Origin: Zwartia sp.
GTDB taxonomy: Bacteria > Pseudomonadota > Gammaproteobacteria > Burkholderiales > Burkholderiaceae_B
Direction: 5' to 3' (one strand)
Length of the DNA: 61,943 nt
Assembly (NCBI RefSeq): GCF_030653405.1
Contig: NZ_JAURZO010000049.1
Below the pieces are notes generated by a model. The model did no database searches. It saw nothing but the letters and a program-made list of their open reading frames with translations, and was not told the DNA's origin. The position numbers and the translations under genes were made by a program. Each line of letters opens with the position of its first letter. Position 1 is the stretch's first letter. Of this stretch, positions 28,822 through 37,886 are shown in pieces.

Positions 28822-29793
28822 ATGGATAAGCTTCGGGCGATTGAGGTATTTATCGAGGTCGCGCAGGGGTTAAGCTTTTCTGGTGCGGCCCAGCGCCTCG
28901 GCATGGCAAAAGGTAATGTGACCAAGCATGTCGCCTGGCTGGAACAGTCGATGGGCGTGCAATTACTGACTCGGACGACCAAAAGTGTGAGCCTGACCGA
29001 GTCCGGCCTGTCTTTGTTGGAAAACGGTCGGGAACTGCTTGATCGTGTTGAAAGCGTCGATGCAGCTGTTCGCCAGTCCGTCAAAGAACCTAAAGGTATG
29101 CTTAGATTGGGTGCGCCGCCCTCTTTTGGCGCTTTTCATCTTGTGCCGATCATCACTGCTTTTTCAGCGGCCCATCCTGATATTCAGGTGGTGTTGTATC
29201 TGGATGATGGGCGGACCGATCTGGTTGCCGAGGGACTCGATATGTCGGTGCGGATCGCGACTTCGCTCAAGGACACGACACAAATTGCGCAACGTCTGGC
29301 TGTCGTGCCACAGCTTTTGGTCGCGTCTCCAGAATATTTAAAGCGACGTGGAGTACCTCAGACGATTGCGGACTTGGCAGACCATGAGTGCATGGTGCAT
29401 GCGCTAAAGTCGCCCACGAACATCTGGACTTTTGTTGGAGAAAACGAGCCTTCAGCGCAAACAAAGGCCGAGTTACCTGTTGGTCTGCCTCAATCTACTC
29501 GCAAAACAACGGTACGCGTACGCGGCACGATCCGTGCCAACTATGGCGATCCCTTGCGCCATGCCGCCCTGCTTGGGCATGGCATTTCCATGCATCCCAC
29601 TTATATGGTGATGCAGGATATTGCGGAGGGTCGGCTTGTTAAGGTTTTGCCTCAATTTCGCCCGGTAGGTGTTGATATTTATGCGGTTTTCCCTAGTCGT
29701 AAAAATCTGCCCGTTCGCGTACGGACTTTTTTGGACTTTCTCAGGCAATGGTTTGCCGCGGAAGACTGGCACGCCTTTCAAAACGTGCCGTAA
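28822..29793 (+). CDS. LysR-family transcriptional regulator (DmlR/CrgA-like)
   Basis: SFSGAA..LG...VTKHVA.LE..GV.LL.RTT HTH and DLVAEGLD..VR; divergent from tauD. Confidence 0.95.
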   Translation: MDKLRAIEVFIEVAQGLSFSGAAQRLGMAKGNVTKHVAWLEQSMGVQLLTRTTKSVSLTESGLSLLENGRELLDRVESVDAAVRQSVKEPKGMLRLGAPPSFGAFHLVPIITAFSAAHPDIQVVLYLDDGRTDLVAEGLDMSVRIATSLKDTTQIAQRLAVVPQLLVASPEYLKRRGVPQTIADLADHECMVHALKSPTNIWTFVGENEPSAQTKAELPVGLPQSTRKTTVRVRGTIRANYGDPLRHAALLGHGISMHPTYMVMQDIAEGRLVKVLPQFRPVGVDIYAVFPSRKNLPVRVRTFLDFLRQWFAAEDWHAFQNVP

Positions 29794-29913
29794 ACTGTCT
29801 GTCATGCGTAGTTTTGCGTCTGGTGTTGCAATGTCAGACGGACAATGATGGCGCCTCGTACGAGCCCAACAGGGCATTGATGAATAGCGTAGTGTTTAAA
29901 AACGGAGATCGGC

Positions 29914-30396
29914 ATGGCATCGGTCAATAAAGTAATACTGGTAGGTAATCTAGGACGCGACCCTGAGGTCCGTTACAGCCCCGATGGCGCGGCGATTTGT
30001 AACGTCTCGATTGCAACAACCAGTAGCTGGAAAGATAAAACATCTGGAGAGCGTCGCGAAGAAACCGAATGGCATCGCGTGGTGTTTTACAACCGCCTGG
30101 CTGAAGTCGTCGGCGAGTATATGAAAAAAGGCCGTCCCCTTTATATCGAGGGTCGACTCAAAACGCGTAAATGGCAGAACAAAGAAGGCGTGGATCAATA
30201 CACGACAGAGATTATTGCTGACCAGATGCAAATGCTTGGCGGGCGAGATGGCGGCGATGGTGGTGGCGCGATGAGCGGTGGTGGTGGCGAGAGCGCACCG
30301 CGCCCCGCCGCGCGCGCGCCTCAGGCTCAACGCCCCGCAGCGCCTGCAGCCAGTGGCGCCAATCTGGCGGATATGGATGATGACATTCCTTTCTAA
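29914..30396 (+). CDS. ssb: Single-stranded DNA-binding protein
   Basis: [18 protein letters not shown] start, TEWHRV, and C-terminal DDDIPF. Confidence 0.98.
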   Translation: MASVNKVILVGNLGRDPEVRYSPDGAAICNVSIATTSSWKDKTSGERREETEWHRVVFYNRLAEVVGEYMKKGRPLYIEGRLKTRKWQNKEGVDQYTTEIIADQMQMLGGRDGGDGGGAMSGGGGESAPRPAARAPQAQRPAAPAASGANLADMDDDIPF

Positions 30397-30433
30397 AGAG
30401 CTATTGGCTTTTTGAAAAGAGGTTGGGAAGAGT

Positions 30434-30473
30434 AAAAGCGGCGGTGTGACCTGAGGGTTGCACCGCCGCTTTG
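30434..30473 (+). terminator. Rho-independent terminator after ssb, probably bidirectional
   Basis: AAAGCGGCGGTG...CACCGCCGCTTT perfect 12-bp stem, extended by G-U pairs, with flanking A/T runs. Confidence 0.8.
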
Positions 30474-30580
30474 CTATCGACTCAAAGTAATGCCGACCTG
30501 TAAAAAGCCAAGCTCTCTGACGTCTTTTGAATTAAGCTGCTGGACAGTCAAAATAAAATTTGCAACACCTGGAGACAAGC

Positions 30581-31360
30581 ATGGACTTAGGTATTCGTGG
30601 TCGTCGCGCAATTGTTTGCGCCTCTAGTAAAGGCCTTGGCTTGGGCTGTGCCCAACAGTTGGCGCGCGAGGGCGTAGAGCTCGTGATGCTCGCGCGTGGG
30701 CAAGAAGCGCTTGAGGCAGCAGCGGCGGCTATACGTGCCGAAACAGGCGTCAAGGTCACGACGGTCGCGACCGACATTACGACACCAGAGGGACGCGCAA
30801 AAGTATTGGCGATTTGCCCCGACCCAGATATTTTGGTCACAAATGCAGGTGGTCCAAAGCCCGGCGATTTTCGTGACTGGAGTCGTGATGACTGGATCGC
30901 TGCTGTTGATGCGAATATGTTGACGCCGATTGAACTGATTCGCGCCACTGTTGACAAGATGATGGCGCGCAAGTTTGGGCGTATCGTCAACATCACCTCA
31001 GCCTCGGTGAAACATCCGATTGAGAGTCTCGGGATGTCCAATGGTGCGCGTGCGGGTCTGACGGGTTTTGTGGCGGGCCTAGCGCGGCAAATTATTTCGC
31101 ATAATGTGACGATCAACAATCTGTTGCCGGGTCCTTTTGCGACGGATCGTATCTTGCAAACTGCAGCAGCGCGCGCGAAAGACAGCGGACAGACCGTTGA
31201 GGATATTTTGAAAGCGCGCATGGCGGCTGTGCCTGCGAAGCGGTTCGGCACTCCGACTGAGTTTGGCCAGGCGTGTGCCTTTTTATGTAGCGCGAATGTT
31301 GGATTTATGACGGGTCAGAATCTCGTACTCGATGGCGGTATTTATCCCGGTACGCTCTAA
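30581..31360 (+). CDS. SDR family oxidoreductase
   Basis: MDLGIRGRRAIVCASSKGLG, NAGGP, GRIVNITS and DGG motifs; GGAG RBS before ATG 30581. Confidence 0.9.
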   Translation: MDLGIRGRRAIVCASSKGLGLGCAQQLAREGVELVMLARGQEALEAAAAAIRAETGVKVTTVATDITTPEGRAKVLAICPDPDILVTNAGGPKPGDFRDWSRDDWIAAVDANMLTPIELIRATVDKMMARKFGRIVNITSASVKHPIESLGMSNGARAGLTGFVAGLARQIISHNVTINNLLPGPFATDRILQTAAARAKDSGQTVEDILKARMAAVPAKRFGTPTEFGQACAFLCSANVGFMTGQNLVLDGGIYPGTL

Positions 31361-31385
31361 GTCATCACTCTCAGGACAATGGCGC

Positions 31386-31410
31386 TCATGTCATGTCATG
31401 TCTAGTCATG
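31386..31410. repeat. Pentamer tandem repeat (TCATG)3-TCTAG-TCATG
   Basis: Read directly in the spacer upstream of the dehydratase. Confidence 0.75.
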
Positions 31411-31443
31411 TAATTTTCATTCATTTTATTTCAGGTGTGAACG

Positions 31444-33201
31444 ATGTCAAAAGATAAAAACAAAGGCCATTCGCTTAATCCCGCTGCTAGCAGCGAAGGA
31501 ATGTCCAAAGGCCTGGCGAATTACGGGGACCGTGGGTTTTCGTTATTTTTGCGTAAAGCTTTTATTAAAGGCGCGGGCTATACAGACTCCGCACTTGAGC
31601 GTCCTGTTGTCGGTATTACCAATACGGGGAGCGCCTATAACCCTTGTCATGGCAACGCACCTCAGCTTATCGAAGCGGTTAAGCGTGGCGTGATGTTGGC
31701 CGGCGGTCTGCCGATGGATTTTCCGACGATCTCGATTCATGAGAGTTTCTCGAACCCCACCAGCATGTATCTGCGCAACCTGATGTCGATGGACACTGAA
31801 GAGTTGTTGCGCGCTCAGCCGATGGACGCCGTGGTGCTGATTGGTGGCTGCGATAAAACAGTCCCGGCACAGTTGATGGGCGCCGCGTCTGCGGGCTTGC
31901 CGGCCGTTCAGCTGATCACGGGCTCAATGTTGACTGGTTCACATCGCGGTGAGCGTGTAGGTGCCTGCACGGATTGCCGCCGCTACTGGGGTAAATTCCG
32001 TGCCGAGGAAATCGATGCTGATGAAATCGCGGATGTGAATAGCCAGCTTGTGGCGAGTGTAGGGACTTGTTCGGTGATGGGAACTGCGAGCACGATGGCC
32101 TGTATCGCAGAGGCGCTTGGTATGACCGTGCCTGGAGGCGCAACGCCACCTGCTGTGACAGCGGATCGTATTCGTGTCGCTGAGCGCAGTGGAGAATTGG
32201 CCGTTGAAATCGCACGCAAGCGTTTGACCATCGATAAGGTGCTGACCGAAAAGGCCTTTGAAAATGCGATGCGCGTCTTGCTCGCGATTGGGGGCTCGAC
32301 GAATGGCATCGTGCACTTGACTGCTATTGCCGGTCGTATGGGCTTTGAGATGGATCTCAAGGCGCTTGATCGCATGGGCCGAGACACGCCGGTTCTGCTT
32401 GATCTCAAGCCTTCTGGTCAGCATTACATGGAGGATTTTCACCATGCGGGCGGGATGGCGACATTGTTGCGCGAGCTCAAGCCGTTGCTGCATCTCGATG
32501 CAATGACAGTCACGGGCCGCACGCTTGGTGAGGAAATCGAAGCGGCGGGCCCTGGCTTTAAGCAAGACGTTGTGAGAACCTCGAGCAACCCGATTTACCC
32601 ACAGGGCGGTATCGCGGTGCTACAGGGCAACCTCGCACCGGGTGGTGCGATTATCAAGCAATCTGCTGCCCATCCTAAGCTCATGGAGCACGAGGGTCGC
32701 GCGGTGGTGTTTGAAAACCTCGAGGACATGGCGAACCGGATTGATACGCCTGATCTGGATGTGACCGCCGAAGATATTTTGGTGCTCAAGCATATCGGCC
32801 CCAAAGGCGCGACCATGCCTGAGGCGGGCTATATGCCGATTCCTAAAAAGCTGGCGATGGCAGGTGTGAAGGACATCGTGCGGATCTCTGATGGCCGCAT
32901 GAGCGGAACGGCGTTTGGCACGATCGTGTTACACGTCACACCCGAGTCGGCGATCGGCGGACCGCTGGCCTATGTGCAAAATGGTGATCGTATCCGACTG
33001 AGCGTTGAGAAACGCGAGCTCGCTTTGCTAGTCAGCGACGAAGAGCTCGCCAAGCGACGTGCGGCCAAGCCTGTGGTGATCCCAACTGCACAGCGTGGCT
33101 ATCGCAAACTTTTCCTTGAGAGTGTGACCCAGGCAGACAAAGGTGTTGACTTTGACTTCCTGATGCCACCGATGACGGGTAAAGTGCCTAAGGCGAAGTA
33201 A
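31444..33201 (+). CDS. IlvD/Edd-family dehydratase (probably sugar-acid type)
   Basis: NPCH, GGCDKT, GTCSVMGTAS, GGSTN and SDGRMSGT motifs. Confidence 0.9.
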   Translation: MSKDKNKGHSLNPAASSEGMSKGLANYGDRGFSLFLRKAFIKGAGYTDSALERPVVGITNTGSAYNPCHGNAPQLIEAVKRGVMLAGGLPMDFPTISIHESFSNPTSMYLRNLMSMDTEELLRAQPMDAVVLIGGCDKTVPAQLMGAASAGLPAVQLITGSMLTGSHRGERVGACTDCRRYWGKFRAEEIDADEIADVNSQLVASVGTCSVMGTASTMACIAEALGMTVPGGATPPAVTADRIRVAERSGELAVEIARKRLTIDKVLTEKAFENAMRVLLAIGGSTNGIVHLTAIAGRMGFEMDLKALDRMGRDTPVLLDLKPSGQHYMEDFHHAGGMATLLRELKPLLHLDAMTVTGRTLGEEIEAAGPGFKQDVVRTSSNPIYPQGGIAVLQGNLAPGGAIIKQSAAHPKLMEHEGRAVVFENLEDMANRIDTPDLDVTAEDILVLKHIGPKGATMPEAGYMPIPKKLAMAGVKDIVRISDGRMSGTAFGTIVLHVTPESAIGGPLAYVQNGDRIRLSVEKRELALLVSDEELAKRRAAKPVVIPTAQRGYRKLFLESVTQADKGVDFDFLMPPMTGKVPKAK

Positions 33202-33215
33202 AGCGTCAACGCTGA

Positions 33216-35336
33216 TCAGCCCTGTGTCACTTCAATTACGGCATCGACTGCATAGGCTCCCAGTCCTTGTGGCATTGCGAGGACTGGATTTAAGTCGATA
33301 GACTGAAGGCGTGGACCTGCGGCAACGGCAAAGGCTGACAACCGCGAGAGCATTTGAGCGAGTGCCTGTATATCTGCCACGGGGCGGCCGCGTGCGCCTA
33401 GCAGCAAAGGGGCGCCCTTGATCGAACGAATCATTTCTTCGGCGACATCAGGTCCGAACGGACAGCGGTGCAGGACAACGTCCTGGAGAATCTCTACAAA
33501 TATCCCGCCGAGTCCAAACATCGCGACGGGCCCGAACACAGGATCCTGGTGGATACCCAAGATGCACTCGACACCGCCTTTGAGTTGCTTGGCGACGAGT
33601 ACACCCTCTAGGTGCGCATTAGGTGCTGCGGTTTTGCCACGTTGCATCAACAGAGCAAAACCTTCTCGCACGCCCGTCTCATCGTTGATATCGAGCAGCA
33701 CCCCGCCGATTTCCGACTTATGAAGGATATCTGGCGAGACGATTTTCATCACGACAGGGAAACCGATCGTATTTGCTGCCTTGACGGCCGCGTCGATGTC
33801 TATGCACACCTCTTCGGGGGCGGAGGCGATATCAGCCTGCGCGAGCAATTGCTTGGCCTGCGCTTCTGAGGGATTTTGATCAGGCAGGGTGATTGCTGCG
33901 ACTTCAGGCGCAGCAAGTCCTGGCGGCTTGGCAAAGGCGCGCCCAAACTGGCCCATGGCTTCGATCGCGATGACAGCACGTGCTGGATCCTCAAAGACCG
34001 CAAAGCCGTCGTTTTCGTATTCACGTATTTGCTCACGAGAGGCCATTAAAGACAGCGCAAAAATACAGTTTGGATGCTTGTTGCGAACAAGTTTGAGCTG
34101 CTCGCGCAGGCGTGGCGCCACGCTTGCCACGCCTCCTGTATAGGTAAAGAAACCAAGGATAGAGGTGTATTTGCCTTCGGCAATCAGTGCGTCCGTAAAG
34201 GTGCTGATCAGGGACATTTCATTTAGAAATTGCGCAGTGACATCTACCGGATTACGCGGTGCGGCAAAGGGGAGTAACTTGAGTAAGCGGTTCTGGGAAG
34301 CTTGCGGCATTTCAGGCATGGGCAAACCGATAGCATCGGCCGCGTCAGAAATAATGACGCCTGCGCCACCGCTCACCGTGATCACGCCAAGCGTATTGTT
34401 GGCAGGATAGATGCCACGCACGGCGAGTCTAGCGATATCCAGCATTTGTTCGGTCGTTTGAACACGCACGACGCCGAGCTCTTTCAAAACCGCGTCGGTC
34501 ACGCGATCGTCACCTGCGATCGAGGCGGTATGCGATTGGGCGGCAGCACTCCCGACGGCGCTGCGGCCGACTTTCATCATCAGGACGGGCTTATGGGCGC
34601 GACGCGCAGCTTGGAGGCCAGCGATCAGTCCAGCTGACTCCTTGATGCCTTCGGAGTACATCATGATGACTTTGGTGGCGGGGTCTTCGACCACCATTTG
34701 CAACATATCCCCAACCGTCAGGTCTGCCTCGTTACCCGTTAAGATCACAGCGGATAAACCGATATCGTTCGCTGTTGATACCGCCATCAAGTGCGCACCA
34801 TAGGCGCCGGACTGACTGATGATCGCGACGCCACCCGCTTTGGGAAAAGCCAGCTCACAACCGGTTGCAAACGTGCCGTAAAAATGGGTGCAGGGGTTGA
34901 TCAGACCGAGCGAGTTGGGCCCGAGCAAACGCATGCCATGCTGATGGGCCGCTTCAACCAGTTTTTGTTGGGCGAGCGCGCCCTCAGGACCGATTTCTGC
35001 AAAGCCAGAGGTGAATAAAATCGCAGCAGCGCAACCGCGCTCAGCCAGTGCAGTGACTGACTCGAGTGCGAGTGAAGCGGGGACGATCACGATGGCGACG
35101 TCAGGTGTTTCAGGTAGAGAAGCGACATTTGGGTATGCGTTTAGACCTTGTACCGTCGTACGGTTTGGATTAACGGGAAAAATTTTGCCCTGATAGCCTT
35201 GACCTTGCATATAGGCGATCGGGCGACCACCGATCCGGGTGGGGTCATCCGACGCACCAATCACAGCAACGGATTGTGGATTGAGGAGTTTGGCGATGCG
35301 GGTACGATCGTTCGGGCGTATGAGGGTGTTCGTCAT
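33216..35336 (-). CDS. ADP-forming acyl-CoA synthetase (acetate-CoA ligase family, fused alpha/beta)
   Basis: CoA-binding VAVIGAS, LGPNSLG, SQSG, phospho-His SHTAS, and ATP-grasp HKSEIGGV and DLNP. No GNAT domain. Confidence 0.9.
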   Translation of the reverse strand: MTNTLIRPNDRTRIAKLLNPQSVAVIGASDDPTRIGGRPIAYMQGQGYQGKIFPVNPNRTTVQGLNAYPNVASLPETPDVAIVIVPASLALESVTALAERGCAAAILFTSGFAEIGPEGALAQQKLVEAAHQHGMRLLGPNSLGLINPCTHFYGTFATGCELAFPKAGGVAIISQSGAYGAHLMAVSTANDIGLSAVILTGNEADLTVGDMLQMVVEDPATKVIMMYSEGIKESAGLIAGLQAARRAHKPVLMMKVGRSAVGSAAAQSHTASIAGDDRVTDAVLKELGVVRVQTTEQMLDIARLAVRGIYPANNTLGVITVSGGAGVIISDAADAIGLPMPEMPQASQNRLLKLLPFAAPRNPVDVTAQFLNEMSLISTFTDALIAEGKYTSILGFFTYTGGVASVAPRLREQLKLVRNKHPNCIFALSLMASREQIREYENDGFAVFEDPARAVIAIEAMGQFGRAFAKPPGLAAPEVAAITLPDQNPSEAQAKQLLAQADIASAPEEVCIDIDAAVKAANTIGFPVVMKIVSPDILHKSEIGGVLLDINDETGVREGFALLMQRGKTAAPNAHLEGVLVAKQLKGGVECILGIHQDPVFGPVAMFGLGGIFVEILQDVVLHRCPFGPDVAEEMIRSIKGAPLLLGARGRPVADIQALAQMLSRLSAFAVAAGPRLQSIDLNPVLAMPQGLGAYAVDAVIEVTQG

Positions 35337-35470
35337 GGTGTGATGTTTTAGTCTCGGCGAGTTTCAAAGTGCAATGACATGTTGAAGCATGCAATTTCTT
35401 GTGGTTTGCGTAAATATTACAGCTACACTGACTTTTGGCTTTTTTCTTTTAATCAATCAGGAGAGTAACG

Positions 35471-35824
35471 ATGGGTGCAATTACCCGTATTGATTCCAAT
35501 GAGCGTTTGAGCCGCGTGGTAGTTCACGGCGACACTGTGTATGTGGCAGGGATCACATCGAGCGCCAAGGGTGACATCGTGGCCCAGACGCGTGACGTCT
35601 TTGCCAAGATTGATGGTCATCTGGCAAGTGCAGGTACGGACAAACACCACCTGTTAACCGTGCAGATTTGGTTGAAAGACATCACCAAAGATTTCGAAGG
35701 CATGAATTCGGTTTGGGCCGAGTGGGCACCTAAGAATGCATTGCCGACTCGCGCGACGGGCGAAGTTAAGCTCGCTGCGCCCGACCTGTTGGTTGAGGTC
35801 ATTGTGACTGCTGCTAAAAAATAA
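35471..35824 (+). CDS. RidA/YjgF family protein (YoaB-like)
   Basis: R.SRVVVHG.TVY.AG, MNSVW..W and PTRA....L...LLVE motifs. Confidence 0.9.
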   Translation: MGAITRIDSNERLSRVVVHGDTVYVAGITSSAKGDIVAQTRDVFAKIDGHLASAGTDKHHLLTVQIWLKDITKDFEGMNSVWAEWAPKNALPTRATGEVKLAAPDLLVEVIVTAAKK

Positions 35825-35839
35825 TCACCAGGAAATCAC

Positions 35840-37075
35840 TTGCCGTTTGAAAAGAACTTTGTAGTTGCCATTGTCGGTGCTGGACCTGCGGGCTTGATGG
35901 CCGCGGAAACCTTGGTTCGTCAGGGTTTGAGAGTGCAGGTCTACGAAGCTAAGCCTTCTGTGGGCCGCAAGTTCTTGATGGCAGGACGGGGTGGGCTTAA
36001 TATTACCCACTCCGAGTCCGCAGATAAATTTGTCACACGCTATGGTGCCCGGGCACCGGAAATGGGTCGGATGCTCGAGCAGTTTGATGCCGAGGCCTTA
36101 CGTGCGTGGGTGCATGCGCTCGGGATCGAGACCTTTGTCGGCTCTTCGGGGCGCGTATTTCCAGATGAAATGAAGGCAGCGCCTCTCTTGCGCGCCTGGA
36201 TGCATCGCTTGCGTGTAGAGGGTGTGCATTTTTTCATGCGTCATCGTTGGCTAGGGTGGGATGATGCGCACCAACTGCGTTTCGACACACCCAATGGTGA
36301 GATTACGATCGCGCCCGATGCGACGGTTCTGGCACTCGGGGGCGGCAGTTGGGCCAAGCTCGGTTCAGACGGCGCCTGGTGGCCATGGCTCAAAGAGCAA
36401 GGCGTGCCGCTCAGTCCTTTATTACCGAGTAATGGAGGGTTTGAGACAAAATGGTCTACGCATTTCCTGGAAAAGTGCGCGGGTGAACCGATTAAGCCCG
36501 CAACCTTTCGTCTGGAGGGTAGTAAAGCTGCCCCTTTGCGTGGTGAGTGCATGGTGACGCAGCACGGACTTGAAGGTGGTGCGATTTACGCGCTTTCAGC
36601 AGCGCTGCGTAATCTGATCATCAACCGTGGCAAGGCCACTTTAATATTGGATTTGTTACCTGACCACAGCCCACAACGTGTGTTGGACGAGGTGTCGCGC
36701 GCACGCGGGACGCGCTCAATGTCTTCACACTTGCGGACACGACTCGGTTTGCAAGGTGTGCGTGCGGCATTACTGCGTGAGCGTTTGTCTTTGGATGTTT
36801 TTAACGATCCTCAAAAGCTTGCGTTTGGTATTAAAAATCTTCCGATCGTGCTACATGCGTGTCGACCGATTGATGAGGCGATCAGTACCGCTGGAGGTGT
36901 TCAGTTCGAGGGGCTGACCGAGCATGGCATGCTTAAAAATCTACCCGGTGTGTTTTGTGCGGGTGAGATGCTCGATTGGGAAGCGCCAACCGGGGGCTAT
37001 TTATTGAATGGTGTGATGGCTTCTGGGCAAGCAACGGCGAAAGGCTTATTAAATTGGTTAGCCACCCGCTCTTGA
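35840..37075 (+). CDS. HI0933/BaiN-like flavoprotein (TIGR03862 type)
   Basis: GAGPAGL, GRKFLMAGRGGLNITH, GSSGRVFP and GEMLDWEAPTGGYLL motifs. Confidence 0.9.
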   Translation: MPFEKNFVVAIVGAGPAGLMAAETLVRQGLRVQVYEAKPSVGRKFLMAGRGGLNITHSESADKFVTRYGARAPEMGRMLEQFDAEALRAWVHALGIETFVGSSGRVFPDEMKAAPLLRAWMHRLRVEGVHFFMRHRWLGWDDAHQLRFDTPNGEITIAPDATVLALGGGSWAKLGSDGAWWPWLKEQGVPLSPLLPSNGGFETKWSTHFLEKCAGEPIKPATFRLEGSKAAPLRGECMVTQHGLEGGAIYALSAALRNLIINRGKATLILDLLPDHSPQRVLDEVSRARGTRSMSSHLRTRLGLQGVRAALLRERLSLDVFNDPQKLAFGIKNLPIVLHACRPIDEAISTAGGVQFEGLTEHGMLKNLPGVFCAGEMLDWEAPTGGYLLNGVMASGQATAKGLLNWLATRS

Positions 37076-37087
37076 GTATGCGAGTGA

Positions 37088-37399
37088 CTAGAGTTGGATC
37101 ACCAGTTTTTGCTTGTCGATAATGTGTTGAAACGCTTCAGAGGTCGATGCCCAATCGACGATATCGACCTTGTAGGGCAAGGCTGACTCAGACAAGGCTT
37201 CAGTCAGCGCCGCGCGTGTTTCGATTGAAATCGGCTCGTCACCGACAAGTGCAATATCAAGGTCTGAATAGGGTTTGTGGGTACCTATCACTCTGGAGCC
37301 AAACGCCCAAACTTTATAGTCCGGAACAAAGCGCTTCAAAATGCGCTGGAGCTCGGCGAGCTCTGTTGTGGTCATGGCGAGTGTTGAGCCTGAGATCAT
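37088..37399 (-). CDS. Minimal nucleotidyltransferase (MNT) antitoxin
   Basis: FGSR...SDLD (GS-X10-DXD) and LPYKVDIVD; ATGA overlap with the HEPN gene. Confidence 0.88.
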   Translation of the reverse strand: MISGSTLAMTTTELAELQRILKRFVPDYKVWAFGSRVIGTHKPYSDLDIALVGDEPISIETRAALTEALSESALPYKVDIVDWASTSEAFQHIIDKQKLVIQL

Positions 37400-37806
37400 G
37401 CGATACGCTCCTGAAGTGCTTGTAATAGCGCCTTGGCTTCCGCCAAGAAAGCCGGGATGCCCCGAACAACTTGAACTGCGATGGCCTCGTCATACGTGTG
37501 ACTCGCTTTGCTGCGCATCTCTAGATAAGTGCGCCAATCGTTCCAATCACCTTTGAGCAGTCCTTGCTCGTTCGCGGTTCTGATCAAATCCGCAAAGGGC
37601 ATGCCATCGAATTGACTTGGATTTGCTGAACTCATCTCAAGATAACGCTTGAGCATTTTGTGACTGATTTCGTAGGTGAACTCAAAGCGTTGCACTAACC
37701 CATCGCGCAATTGAGAGTCGAGCGGCTCAGACACATGTCGAACCAAACCTGCATCAAGGCGACCCACCGCATTTTTTAGTGCAGACAAATCAAGATGTAT
37801 CGGCAT
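37396..37806 (-). CDS. HEPN toxin / HI0074-family nucleotidyltransferase substrate-binding protein
   Basis: DGLVQRFEFTYE and the RX4HXY motif RSKASHTY. Confidence 0.88.
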   Translation of the reverse strand: MPIHLDLSALKNAVGRLDAGLVRHVSEPLDSQLRDGLVQRFEFTYEISHKMLKRYLEMSSANPSQFDGMPFADLIRTANEQGLLKGDWNDWRTYLEMRSKASHTYDEAIAVQVVRGIPAFLAEAKALLQALQERIA

Positions 37807-37886
37807 TGTGCAGCCCAGATGGTAAATCATTCACTCATCATCGGTATGACATTTTAGGCGATGCAATCCATACTCACCAATCGCAT

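Noticed and set aside
30532..31251. 239-aa minus-strand ORF
   Set aside because: Typical antisense ORF opposite an SDR gene.
31939..32565. 208-aa and 141-aa minus-strand ORFs
   Set aside because: Antisense to the dehydratase; no motifs or RBS.
33216..35336. Protein lysine acetyltransferase (Pat/YfiQ)
   Set aside because: No GNAT domain, and the phospho-His motif SHTA is intact, so an ADP-forming ligase fits better.
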